DNA of 62,507 nucleotides, filler included, from Bonamia ostreae (Eukaryota): NCBI GenBank assembly GCA_040357525.1. It is 16 parts of 16 records of this genome, joined end to end, with 100 filler letters (N's around TTAATTAATTAA, not from the genome) between each part and the next. Parts side by side here need not be neighbours in the genome. Positions count along the whole stretch, not along the records: positions 11,787 to 15,612 come from JBDODL010000415.1; positions 15,713 to 19,536 come from JBDODL010000416.1; positions 19,637 to 23,457 come from JBDODL010000417.1; positions 23,558 to 27,373 come from JBDODL010000418.1; 12 more parts are not named here. One strand, 5' to 3'. Shown piece by piece: positions 12,686 to 24,462 of this stretch (position 1 is its first letter; each line of letters starts with the position of its first letter). The notes under the pieces were generated by a model. It saw only the letters and a program-made list of their open reading frames with translations, ran no database searches and was not told where the DNA came from. The position numbers and the translations under genes were made by a program.

Positions 12686-13028
12686 TTTTAAAAATGGAAT
12701 TGGAAAATTTGCTTTTTTGCTTAAAATTGGTAATTTAAGGGCGGGCAATTGAATTGCTAATTTTAAAATTCAAAACGACAATCTTCAAAAAGAAGCGTCG
12801 TCTCGTTTTTTAAAAATGTAATTGAAAAATTTGCTTTTTTGCTTAAATTGGTAATTTAAGGGCGGGCAATTGAATTGCTAATTTTAAAATTCAAAACGAC
12901 AATCTTCTAAAAAGAAGCGTCGTCTCGCTTTTTAAAAATGGAATTGGAAAATTTGCTTTATTGCTTAAAAATGGTAATTTAAGGGCGGCAATTGAATTGC
13001 TAATTTTAAAATTCAAAACGACAATCTT
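12686..13028. repeat. ~122-bp tandem repeat, ~2.8 copies
   Basis: Unit tttttaaaaatggaattggaaaatttgct...caaaacgacaatcttc..agaagcgtcgtctcg, with equivalent ATG positions at 12694, 12816 and 12938. Confidence 0.9.
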
Positions 13029-13038
13029 GCTCACAAAG

Positions 13039-13544
13039 GATGAATTATAATGTGAGAATATTTGGATCTTTATAAAAATCAAAAATCAAGAATGGACTTA
13101 ATAACGCCCAAAATAAAAATTGCGAAGCTTTTGTTCCAAAACAATGCCGAAAACACTTAAGAAATCCCAAACGGAAAATGTTAAAAACAAATCTCTGTTG
13201 ACAGAATTGGGAAGTCTTAGAAAAGACATCAGAGAAGGAATTTGTATTCTGAACGCGAAGAAAATGGGGAAACCGGTCTCTCAACATGTTCTTAATTTTT
13301 GGAGAAAAGAACTTGAAGGTTTTGTGTTATAATAACACTTTTGAAGACCAGAATGGAGAAGACGAAAAGTTGAAAAAAGAACTAGAAGCATTGCGTCACA
13401 AAATAGTTTAAACATTTAAAAAAAGTGTGATCTAGAAAAAGAAAATAAAAATTTGATAGATGAAATGAATGAGCAAAGAAGACAATTAATGAAACAGATC
13501 GATCAGCTCAATCTACAGCTCAGAAACGAAAATATTCAAAAATA
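13039..13544 (+). CDS. Hypothetical coiled-coil protein, multi-exon; 5' end uncertain
   Basis: ORF 13120-13332 continues through a ~28-nt intron and a 20-nt intron (13406-13425) into EKENKNLIDEMNEQRRQLMKQIDQLNLQL, ending in TAA. Confidence 0.5.
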
Positions 13545-13732
13545 AAAAATTGGCATTTTTTTAATTATTCGTGATGACAATTTTGTTAAAATAATAATTA
13601 TTCAAATTACGTTTTATTGTAAATCGTTTTGTNNNNNNNNNNNNNNNNNNNNNNNNNNNNNNNNNNNNNNNNNNNNNNNNNNNNNNNNNNNNNNNNNNNN
13701 NNNNNNNNNNNNNNNNNNNNNNNNNNNNNNNN

Positions 13733-13812
13733 TTAGTTTCATTAAATTTTCGTTTTGTTTAGTTTCATTAAATTTTCGTTTTGTTTAGTTTCATTAAATT
13801 TTCGTTTTGTTT
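13733..13812. repeat. 26-bp tandem repeat next to an assembly gap
   Basis: ttagtttcattaaattttcgttttgt x3. Confidence 0.85.
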
Positions 13813-14203
13813 AAGTTGTTTTGCTTATTTAATATTTACCGTTGTTTGCCACGATATTTTCAAAAAATGAAGTTATCGAAGAGAACTTTGTAGATCGAGA
13901 AATAAAAAAATTCACGAAAATTCGACAAATATTTATGAAATGTATTTCAAAGAAAGCACAAAATAGAAAAAATTGGCAGCGAAAATTCGACAAATATTTA
14001 TGAAATGATATTTCAAAGAAAGCACGAAATAGAAAAAATTGGCAGCGAAAATTCAATTCTTCTACGGCAAACCTGTTATGGACAAAAATCACTTATACTC
14101 AATTCTTCTAAAAAAACATTGCTAAAAACAAACCTGTTTATTCAGTAAATCTATCACGAATTCAGAATCTCTAAACCGCACTTAATCTAAGCATTCCTGA
14201 TAA

Positions 14204-15195
14204 ATGTCTGAAGGCAAGTCGTTTAAACAAAGTCTCGATTCCGAGTCCGCCGCCTTTTTCGATCGTATGACGAAAAACACGTTCCGCGAACAAGCGATTT
14301 CAGTGCTCAACGCTTATTGGAAAGAAGTTTTACTGCTTTTAAGTATTCTCGAATTTACATACAAATCCTAAAAACCTAAGCTCTAACAAAGCTTTAACTA
14401 TTAAACAATTCTTATAAAACCCAATTACATGAAAGATTGGCACCCAGGCCGATATCATCTACCACGTCTTCTACAAAACCATGACAAAGACCGACATGCA
14501 CGCCAAAAACGTGGACTTGATCCATTTGTACGAAGAGGGCAACTTCCTCGAGTTGAACATGGCGCTCTATTTCTACGAAAAACTCTGCAAGTTCGTAGAA
14601 GAACACCCCGAATGGAAACAAGACAAATACAAAATATCCCAGCCACAAATGCTGACCGCCATCAAAAGACGCAACGAGCTCCGCGACAAAGTCGACGTCA
14701 ACATCTCCAACAACATTTCGCTTTTGGAGGTGCTGCTGCACCAGTACAGAGGAAATGGTTTCCGTCGCCCCAATTAAAGCCAACATCAACCCGGCCGATT
14801 ACGTGCACCGTTCTATGAACATAGACGAACACCCCAAAATAAGAGAAGCCAGATTGGCCCTCGAAGACGTGAACAAGAAGATCAAAGAGTACGAAGCGAA
14901 AAAAAGCGAATTGGAGGAAAAGTTGTAAAGCAAATTTTTAAGGTCGAAGAAGCCCGGGATTCAAGGGAGCAAGGCGAAGCACGAACTTGCGATTTTCGAG
15001 TGCGGCCCCGAAAGAGAAAGTCTGAACGAGTCGCTTTTGCATGCGGAAGCTTTGCTTCGGAAAATGCACAAGCAGTTCGGAGACGGCGCTCCCGCTTCGA
15101 GCGGAAGTGAGAATGCGCTTGGCGACCAACGCGGCACCTTGTTTTGGATGGACTGCGAAATAGCCGAAAAGAAGAGGCTCTACGGCAAAAAATAA
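14204..15195 (+). CDS. Probable homologue of the 34-kDa calcium-regulated actin-bundling protein family (Dictyostelium ABP34-like)
   Basis: Spliced model with 3 introns (including 14758-14779 and 14922-14942): REQAISVLNAYW, DVNISNNISLLEVLLHQY, a coiled coil, and C-terminal GTLFWMDCEIAEKKRLYG. Family assignment is from recalled motifs. Confidence 0.6.
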
Positions 15196-15439
15196 GACAT
15201 TGTAAATGCATCGTCTTACCATTTTTTTTCGTTGCTCATTAGCGGTTTTTTAGGACTTTTTTAGCTTAAGTTTAAAATTAAGTGTTTTCGGTAACTTGGT
15301 TTTTTGCAACTCATTTCGTTGCAGGTCATCAAATTTTAAAATTTTTAGTCGATGGACAGACATTCTGCCGAATCTTAAAGTTCGAGGCTAAAGCATTTTT
15401 TATGGAGACGAACCATAAACCGGTTTGCGACTAAAATAA

Positions 15440-15478
15440 ATCCCATAAATTTGTTTGTAGTTTCGATTATATATATTT
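15440..15478 (+). promoter_or_regulatory. Putative snRNA promoter: USE-like TCCCATAA plus TATA box
   Basis: aTCCCATAAa about 55 nt upstream and TATATAT about 25-30 nt upstream of the U1 start. Confidence 0.45.
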
Positions 15479-15496
15479 GATTACAGAGGTCGGTTT

Positions 15497-15612
15497 AAAC
15501 TTACCTGGCTGGATCCCTATTCTTCGGAGTTTTTCCGTCGATCAACAATGGCGGGGGATCGTTGCGGAGCATTGCCATTGCACGAAGGCTTTGCGAAGTG
15601 GCGCGTGTCGGC
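15497..15612 (+). ncRNA. U1: U1 spliceosomal snRNA, 3' part cut by the scaffold end
   Basis: 5' AAACTTACCTGG; stem-loop I GATCCC..CCGTC-GATCAACAAT-GGCGG-GGGATC with a U1-70K-like loop; stem-loop II loop CATTGCAC (U1A site). Confidence 0.92.
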
Positions 15613-15712
15613 NNNNNNNNNNNNNNNNNNNNNNNNNNNNNNNNNNNNNNNNNNNNTTAATTAATTAANNNNNNNNNNNNNNNNNNNNNNNNNNNNNNNN
15701 NNNNNNNNNNNN

Positions 15713-16929
15713 AAGCAATTTGATTTCTACGATTGACATTGGTTTACGCGAAAAAGCTCTTTTAAACTTAAAATTAAGACAAAAACTTTCACTTTGTATG
15801 GATTGGAAATTGGCGAGTTTTTTAAGTTGTACATTTTGTTTCTGATTTGGAGTTCTGTTTTAGAACAAATAAATCTGTTTTTTATTATTTTGTAATCTTT
15901 TGGATTTTTAAGTTTGTCGATACTGTCTTCGTTGGCCAATTTGAGTGTGTCCAAAGCCATCGAAAGTAATTTTTCTTCTGAAACAGTCCATAATTGTTTT
16001 TTTGCTATTTTTAAAGTTTGGAAAATTATTCGAATTTTATAAAATTGTTTATAAAATGTTTTACGAAATGTTTCTTGTTCACAAAATGATTTGCAAAATT
16101 GCAATAAAATTTTAATATTGTTATAAAAATAAAATAGCAAAATGATCGCTTCGTTTTACAGAAATATAATTTAACCTAACAAACGGTTATAGATCGGAAA
16201 CAGACCGTCGTCAAAATCAATGTAATCGGACAGTTTCTTTTTAAACAAAGAAAAATCCAAAATTCGCTCGTCGCGCAAAAAAGAGATTATTCTAAAATTT
16301 TAATAAAAACATTTTTCGCTGCAAAATGGGAAAACAAAGATTTTCTTCGATTTTCGGATAAATTTCAAGTAGCACTAAATTTAAGATTCAAATAACTTTT
16401 GTGAAACATCAATCTTGTCACTCTTGAAATGTAAAACGGATGCAGCGTTTCTATTAAAGATTTGACTTCTGAATAGATAGAACGCCTTGTTTCGCAAAGG
16501 TCGATCTGAATTTAAAGCTCGTTGAATTTTATTACCAAAAGTGCGCCGGTTTGTTTTTCACAATTAATCGCGTTGTTTTTGTCTGTCGAAGTATTTTTGA
16601 AGACGAATAAGGTTTGCAACAATAACTGAATGTGCTATTTTTGAGTTAAAAGTTTTACAAACTGATTTTATTTGTTCCAAAATAGTCGAAATTTGATCTT
16701 TTTTGATCAAATGCGAAATTTTTCCGCTTTGATTGGCGAAAAATTTTGATTTTTTGCGAGCTGCAGATTTCGGACTTTTATATATATTGTCTTCAGATCC
16801 AGAATTTTCTTCCGTCGACAAAACAAAATCTTCGTCATCGGCTTCATTTAAATCAGAGAAATCAGACATTTCGTCGTCTCTTAACATTCTGAGAAACTTT
16901 AGATATTTTTCGCGCTCTTCCTTGTCCAT
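15713..16929 (-). CDS. Myb/SANT-like protein, GON4L/DUO3-like, 3'-truncated
   Basis: N-terminal YLKFLRML..DEADDEDF; later LWTVSEEKLLSMAL..IKNRFICSKTELQIRNK..NPYK. Confidence 0.5.
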
Positions 16930-16984
16930 TTTTTAATTCAAACTCTGATTTTATTATATTCGAAGCAGTTATTTTTTTTTGGAA

Positions 16985-18875
16985 ATGGCCGATCCAGTTA
17001 ACTTCAAAAAGCCAAAACTCGACCATTCGAATTACTACTTGTCTAATTTGAAAGAAAAGAGCGAACAAAAAAATCACAGGGAGTATTTTTGTCATGCCAA
17101 CACCGCCATTTGGTTAAAGCTCATTAGGACTCCTTCGGATTTTGACGTTTCTAATATTTTTATTAGAAACAAAAACGGCTGATCTAATAAGATCAAATTT
17201 TCAATAAGATCTAATATCGTGAACATTCAAATTTGTTAAACTTTGACATTCTAAAATTCGATATTTTAAAAGAACGACGATATTGTGTTCCATCCAAAAT
17301 TCACGCACCAACTTTTCGACAAAGAAATCATCAAAGGCTTTAAAAATCTCCGAGTCAACATATATTTTAGCCAAGCTTCGTTGGCTACGTTCTTCCAAAT
17401 CACGTACGAAGACAAACTGGACGATTCGTTTTCAGCCGACGAACTGGAAAAGAAGATCACCAAAAACATCGTCGGCGGATTCTACAAAGACAAAGCCGAA
17501 TTCCTAAAAGTAATTTTTTCCCATTCCAAACAGGCGCTCAGCCGCGAAAACAACTTTAAACCGATCGGGAAGGTCATCGAACGCCACAAAAGATTGAGTG
17601 AACTGGAAACCGACCCGGAACATCCTTGTTTCAGCAGCTACCTCCCCGCCTTCTATGGCGCCGACACCGAAATTTCCTACAAAATCACACTCGTTTGAGC
17701 AATTTCCCCAACCAAAGAGCACCTTCAAGACGCCCGGGTTCAAATCGTTTCACGACAGGATCCAGTTTTTCCTTCTTCTGTTCATCGACGCTTCTTCTTA
17801 CATCGACTCTTCCGATTCGATCTGGAACGTCCTCTGTCTGTACGAACGCCGCCAGAACAGACGGGGAGACGGCTCCGCTGGGCCCGCGTACACTTTTATC
17901 GGATATTGCACACTCTACTCTTTCTTCAGTTACCCCGATTCTTCGAAGCTCAGAATATCCCAAATCTTGATATTGCCCCCTTTCCAGAGGTCAGGCCACG
18001 GGGGGCATTTGTTGGAGGTGATCGGAGAATTGTGCCGCAAGGGCGATTACAGCGAACTGAACATAGAGGACCCGTCGGACGGCTTCCAGTTTCTGCGGGA
18101 TCTGATGGACGTCTCCAATTGCCACAGAAGAAACTATTTTTCGTTTTTGAGCGAAGAGAATTTTCGGGAGGACTTGGACGAAAAACTGGCTGCGAGGATT
18201 AAGAGGGAGTTGAAGATCACCGACGTTCAAATCCGCCGGTGCTTCGAAATTCTGAAACTGAAATTTTTGGATATCAAAAATGAACAACAATATAAGCTCT
18301 TCAGGCTTTTCGTCAAAAAGCGGATTTACAAAATTTTTTGGGAAGTTAGTTTTTGTAAAAAAAATGTTTTCGGAAAGACGTAAAAAATTTTTGTTTTCGT
18401 AAAGACCTTTTAATTTTGTAAAAATTTTTTATTAATTTTTATAAAAGGAAATTTTGTCTTCTTTAATTTTCTAAAAAATTTTTGTTTTTATAAAAGTAAA
18501 TTTTGTCTTCTTTAATTTTCTAAAAAATTTTTGTTTTCGAAAAGACCTTTTAATTTTGTAAAAATTTTTTATTAATTTTTATAAAAGGAAATTTTGTCTT
18601 CTTTAATTTTTTTAAAAAATTTTTGTTTTCGAAAAGACGTAAAAAAATTTTTGTTTTCGACAACTTTTTAATTTTGTAAAAAAATTTTGTTTTCGAAAAT
18701 TGAATGTTTTCAGAAAAAAAAATAATTTTAGGAATTGTCTGTTTTGGACTCCAAAGAAAGGAAATTGCGACTGTCAGAGCTATATTTTGACACGGAGAAG
18801 AAATACAACCTCTTGTTGCTTAAACTGTTCCAAGCCCCAAAACACGTTTTCAAAGTTTTGGATAATAAACATTAA
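16985..18875 (+). CDS. HAT1: Histone acetyltransferase type B catalytic subunit
   Basis: FHPKFTHQLF..EIIKGFKNL, LLLFIDASSYID, RISQILILPPFQRSGHG, IEDPSDGFQFLRD. Introns include 17510-17533, a 25-nt intron at ~17693 and 18345-18731. Confidence 0.93.
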
Positions 18876-19028
18876 CACATTTTACTATTAATAATATTCT
18901 CCTTGAATTCTCGATCGATAAGAAAACCTCAGTGCTCATTAAAACAAAAAAGCTAAACAAAATATTATATCAAAACAGCTTAAACAAAATCCGAAAAAAA
19001 GCGTTTATATCAAAAGTCAATAAGTTTA

Positions 19029-19536
19029 ATGGTCAAAATTTTTCCCAATTTAACAGACAAAATATATCCGGGATGCGGCTACAATTATTTTTCCGCCGAA
19101 GCTGTCCAATCTTCTTCTTATCGGACCATCTCAGATCTCAAGAACAAAAACTTTTTAGATCTTCGGTCGGAAGAAAAACAGCCAATCCGGATGACCGATG
19201 TCATCACTGCCATCAAATCAAATGACATTGAGGGTCTCCGGAACAACAGCGATCTGAAGGACGTCTGCGCGAGCAGATTCGTTCAAGAAACGAAAAACGA
19301 CTATTCCTCCGAATTCGTTTAGTTTCGACAAAACTTTTAGTTCGTCAGTTTGTCCCAATTGCTCGATTTTTACGGCTACAACGGTGCTTCGAACGTGCAA
19401 ATGATCAACAGCAACCGACGATCTCTTTGCAATCACGTTGAATTCAACGAATCCGATCTGTCCTTTTTTGTTTACGTTTTTCTTTCCATTTTTTAAACTT
19501 TTTTGTTCCATTTTCGATTAAACTTTTTTACGTTTT
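19029..19536 (+). CDS. Hypothetical protein, 3'-truncated
   Basis: 97-aa ORF with coding-like composition, extended by a GTTTAG..TTTTAG intron; no recognised motif. Confidence 0.45.
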
Positions 19537-19636
19537 NNNNNNNNNNNNNNNNNNNNNNNNNNNNNNNNNNNNNNNNNNNNTTAATTAATTAANNNNNNNN
19601 NNNNNNNNNNNNNNNNNNNNNNNNNNNNNNNNNNNN

Positions 19637-21551
19637 TCGATAGTGCCCAAACCAATTTTGGGCAAAACAATAAAAAACGACGACAGCCTAAAAACGCCGG
19701 AATGAAAAAGAAAATCAAAATAATGTTAGAAAATTTGTCAGAGGAACTTCTTTTCTATTATAAACAGTTTCTAATTCAATAAAAAGAATAAAATTTGAGC
19801 GATCTGGAAGGGAAAAAAACGAGAAAATTGAAAAATTTGTGGGATTTTTGTTAAAATCGAATATTATAATTAGTCAAATTGTTTCTTATTTTGCAATTTT
19901 TTGGTTTTGATTATCGCGAAAATAAAAAATCTTTTGACTGCAAAAATTTTCTATAAAAAGAGAATAGAAAATTTAGACCAAAAATCAATAAAATTGTTAG
20001 CCAAAAACATTTACAAAACAGTTTCAAATTTGATCCAAAACATGAAAAATGATGATTACAACATTTTTAAAATCGCGAGTGCTTCCGTCATTGTTATTCA
20101 AAAACTTCATTACGTAACAGTTTTTTTTTATTTGCAACAAAGAATTTTGATGACGAGATAAAAGATTTTTATTGCAATCTTGTCTTACTAAATTCCCCAA
20201 ATCCTTCTTTAAAAACGAAAAAAAAACATTCGAACTGTTTTTATTAATATTTTGGTAACAATAAAAAATTATCAAATGTGTACAAAAAAGATGAGATTTC
20301 AGAAAATCTGCGAAAACATTTAGCAGAAACGACAAAAGAAATCCAATCGATTTTAAAAACAACCTCGTTAACTCCAGAACTGCAGAAAACTCGAAAAGAA
20401 GTGATCGAAGAATTGAAACAAATCATTAAAAATTCGATTTCGCAAAGTTTTGAAAAATTGAATAAAGACGTTGTTTTCTTCGGATATGGAAGTTTTGGTT
20501 GCAATTTGGATTCTGTTGATAGTGATGTTGGTTTTCAGCCAAAAATTTACAAAACTAAAAATTTAGACGTTGGTTTCTTCGCGCCACAATCAAAAAATCA
20601 GCGCGAAATTTTAAAAGAAATTTTTGTAGTGCTCAAAGAAAGCGGAATAGAAGTTTCTGACGTCATTCACGCAAGAATCCCGTTGGTAAAAATCAGATTT
20701 AGAAATGTCAACATTGACATCACGCCGCACAACCCCTTCAATTCAATCAAAACCGATTTGATATCTGAATACGTCCAAACGGACAGTCGAGTCGCGCCAT
20801 TTATAAAAAGTAATTTTTGACTATCAATTTCAATAATTAATCCAAAAAGTTATAAAATTGTGGTCAAAGCGACGTGGCATCAACAAAGCAATCGAACGGA
20901 TGATAAATAGTTTTGGTTGGACGCTGTTGTGTGTTCAATTTCTGCAGCAAATAGTCCCTCCTATTCTTCCCAACCTTCAGATGTACCACATCACCGACAC
21001 CACCAAATTTCTTCGTGCCAGCTTGGTTTCCATGAAAATAAAATTTGTGTAGTTTGAAAATTTTGGAGATGGTAACAAACTTTCAATCGGCGAATTGTTT
21101 TATCTGTTTTTGAAACATTTTAATTGCGCCAATTTCGATATCGAAAAACAAGCCGTTTCAGTGTTTAATGGTTGCTTCATTCCGCGCGGTGATTATAATA
21201 TCCGTTTTTATTTCTCAAAATTTTGTTCGACATTTTATTCTTAAATTTAAAAATAGCAAACAATGTGTATTCAAAAAACGTGCTTGTCACAGTAGATCCA
21301 ATAATGACTTCAGAGAATGTCAGTCACCACACAATAAAAGTTTTTAAACAAGTACTTGTGGCAATAATACATAACAGGAGACATGGTACTACATCAGTAA
21401 AGAAATGGAGCGCGCGTCGGAAATGTTGGTGAATGGAAGGAACATCCAAAAAGTCTTAAAGAAAAAGATGTTCAACGAAAATTATATTAAAAACAACTTC
21501 GAGTTTGAAAAAGTGCACAGAGATTTTGAATTTTGTTGGGAAATTAAATGA
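19637..21551 (+). CDS. Non-canonical poly(A) polymerase / terminal uridylyltransferase (Cid1/TENT family); 5' end uncertain
   Basis: YGSFGCNLDSVDSDV|DV (GS..DxD after removing intron 20531-20566), HARIPLVKI, IDIT, KLWSKRRGIN, NSFGWTLLCVQFLQ..PPILPNLQ, IGELFYLFL, VDP..ENV. Confidence 0.85.
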
Positions 21552-21642
21552 TTTTTTAATTAAATTTGAAAATTTAAATTTGCGACATAAACATTATCAA
21601 AATTATTGAAAAAGATAATTAAAAACATCGAAAAAGCCTTAA

Positions 21643-23457
21643 ATGAATCGTCAAAATCAAGAAAATCAAATCGATCTCTCATTAGCAAAATCTCTTTTTG
21701 TCGGTTTCAACAATTTTAATTTGAACTAATATTAGAAAATTTTAATCAATTTTAATTCAAAAAAATGTTTTTGAAAATGGAAAAAAAATAATTTTGCTTC
21801 AACTTGGATAAAAAAGAAAATCTGTCATCAAAAACAACGGAAAAAAGTCTGTTTACTCTCTTCAATCCGATCGGGCCGGTAACCTCAATCCGCTTATTCA
21901 AAAAACTCAAAGAAAACACTTACAAATATTACGCTTTCATTAACTTTGTCACTTCAGACGATTCCATAAAAGCGATGAAAAAACTCAATTTCAGTGAATT
22001 CGAAGATAAAGAGATGAAAATCTCGATTTCAATGAAAAAAGCGGTTTTCTCGCCAAAACACAATCTCAAAATCAAAAACGTCGATGTAGACATCGACAAC
22101 AGAACATTTTTCGAGCTGTTTTCTGTCTTTGGCTTCGTCTTATCAAGTAAATTAGCCACTGACCCCGAAGGCAATTCGAATGGATACGGGTACGTCAATT
22201 ACAACAACTCAGAAAAAGCCGAATGGGTGGTAAAGGTATGTAACAACCAGAAATTGTTATCCTCGCGACTAAATGTCACCTTTGTCACCACGATCCGAAA
22301 ATCGTTTCAAACGAGTACGGAAAACAAAGAGTTCACCAACATTTTCGTCAAAAACATAAAGAAAACTGCGACTAAAAAACAACTTTTAAACGAGTTCAAC
22401 CGGTTCGGCCAAATCGATTCGGTCAAAATTCCCGACAACCCCGACGGTACCCTGAAAGGGTTCGCTTTGCTGAATTACCACAGCCATCAGTCCGCTAAAA
22501 CGGCCATTGACAATTGGACTGACTATGCCAGTAGCAAAAATTCGTCTCTTGGCGAGCTCTACGTCAACAGGGCACTTTCTAAAGACGCGCGGGAAAAGTC
22601 GATCAAGGAAAACTTTATGCTCAAAAAAGAAATTTTGGATGTCGAGACGACAGGAAGAAACGTCATTTTCAAAAATCTGTCTTTAGCAGTAACGAAGAAA
22701 TTCATTGGAGAGAGACTTTCCAGGTACGGAAGGATAGAATCGATCGAACTTAAAGAAAACAACTTTGACGAACGAATGGCTGAAAAACAACAGAAGAAAT
22801 GCGCTTTCGTGCTGTTCGCTTCAAGAGAAGACGCTGTTAAAGCGATCAAATCGGAAAATAACAAAGATTGGAAAGGTTCGCAGATAGTCGCCACACTTTG
22901 GATGCGCAAAGACACTTTCGACGATTTGAAAAGTTTCGGTGGTTTTGTGGATGAAGAACAAGCTTTCAAAAATTCGTCAGTAGCGAAGAAGTTTTCGTTA
23001 AACCAGACTGTGTTGGCGTCGTCTGTTCTCGGCTCCAAGTGCAAGGTTCAGTTGCAGAATATAATTAACGACGACGGGTTGAATAGGAAAATTGACTCGT
23101 CGTTGAAAGTTTCGCGCGAACAAGTTTATATTATTGATCGAAAACTGTTATTGAAAAAACAATGACGTCTTTAATTAAATGATGCTAAAGTCGGTCGGGA
23201 TGAAGATACTTGCGATCCAGTTACGCTGGAACGCGCTGCGACGGAATCCAGATAAATTTGAAGACTTGTTGAACCGCAGAAATTTAAACAGCGAAGCGGA
23301 AGCAAAAAGAGCGATAGAGTCGCAAATCTTGCCTTTGGTGGAACGCGCGGATGCCGAATTGGCACCAAAAATCACTGAAGCCATTTTAGATCTGCCTGTA
23401 GAAGAGTTGGAAAAGATATTTGTTAACAATGAAACTTTGTGGAACAAAGTTGTCGAA
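21643..23457 (+). CDS. Divergent polyadenylate-binding protein-like (4 RRM + degenerate MLLE), 3'-truncated
   Basis: Intron 21704-21816 restores RNP2 SLFV|ENL. RNP1 motifs YYAFINF, GYGYVNY, KGFALLNY, CAFVLF; EFTNIFVKNI; C-terminal LAPKITEAILDL. Confidence 0.75.
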
Positions 23458-23593
23458 NNNNNNNNNNNNNNNNNNNNNNNNNNNNNNNNNNNNNNNNNNN
23501 NTTAATTAATTAANNNNNNNNNNNNNNNNNNNNNNNNNNNNNNNNNNNNNNNNNNNNAACAAAAATAAAACAATACAAAAATTAAAAAGAAAT

Positions 23594-23929
23594 CTAAAAT
23601 TTAAAAATATTCAAAACATCAAGAGATTTGGCATAATTGTTATGATCCATTGTCTTCTGTACTTCAGAATAACTAACTTCACTTCGAATCTTCTCGTTCT
23701 CGTCTTTAAGAAGTCTCGCCCTAGCTTTTAAAGATTCGATCACTTTCTTCTGGGTTTGCCGATTTTTCCTCGCAGTCTCAAAATTCCTTTTGAGCCGTTC
23801 ACATCTTTTCTCATGCGATTCTCCTGGATACGTCTTTATCTGTCTCCTTGTATAAGCAGAAACGATTATCGCTTCACCTTTGTCGTTTTCCGTCAAAATA
23901 GGTTCTAAGTAAACTTTTGATTGACTCAT
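23594..23929 (-). CDS. bZIP-like transcription factor
   Basis: RLKRNFETARKNR (N-x7-R basic region) followed by a heptad L..L..I zipper. Confidence 0.65.
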   Translation of the reverse strand: MSQSKVYLEPILTENDKGEAIIVSAYTRRQIKTYPGESHEKRCERLKRNFETARKNRQTQKKVIESLKARARLLKDENEKIRSEVSYSEVQKTMDHNNYAKSLDVLNIFKF

Positions 23930-24462
23930 TTCAATACTAGAAACTATTATTTTCGTTTTTGGATATGTAATTTTTAAAATAAAAATCCTTTAACGATTTC
24001 AAATAACGTCGAAATTATCGCGTACGTTTTAATAACGTTTTGATTAGTTTCTAAAATAAAAATATTATTTTATTTGTTTTAAAATGGAGATCAAATAAGT
24101 TCATTCCATAATAACAATAAATTTTGATTTTTGACTAGAATCTTCAAAAAATGTAGGAAATAATATTTTCAAAAAGCCATCTCTTGGCAGATTTAACTTC
24201 AATTTTCGACCGGTAAATTAATTTTGGGCGGTAAAATATTTTGCTTTTGTGACAGAAACCAAAGGAATAACGGCAAAATTTTGATATTAAATTATTATTT
24301 TTGCTTTTGATAGTAAAATAGTTTCGAAAAATTAAAATCAAAATTATTCAACAGAATTAATTGTCGAATATAAAATTTCATTGTTGTTTTACAATCAAAT
24401 AGCAAAAATAACGACACATAAATTTTTGCCAAGCATGAAACCACGCAAATACTAAAAAAATA

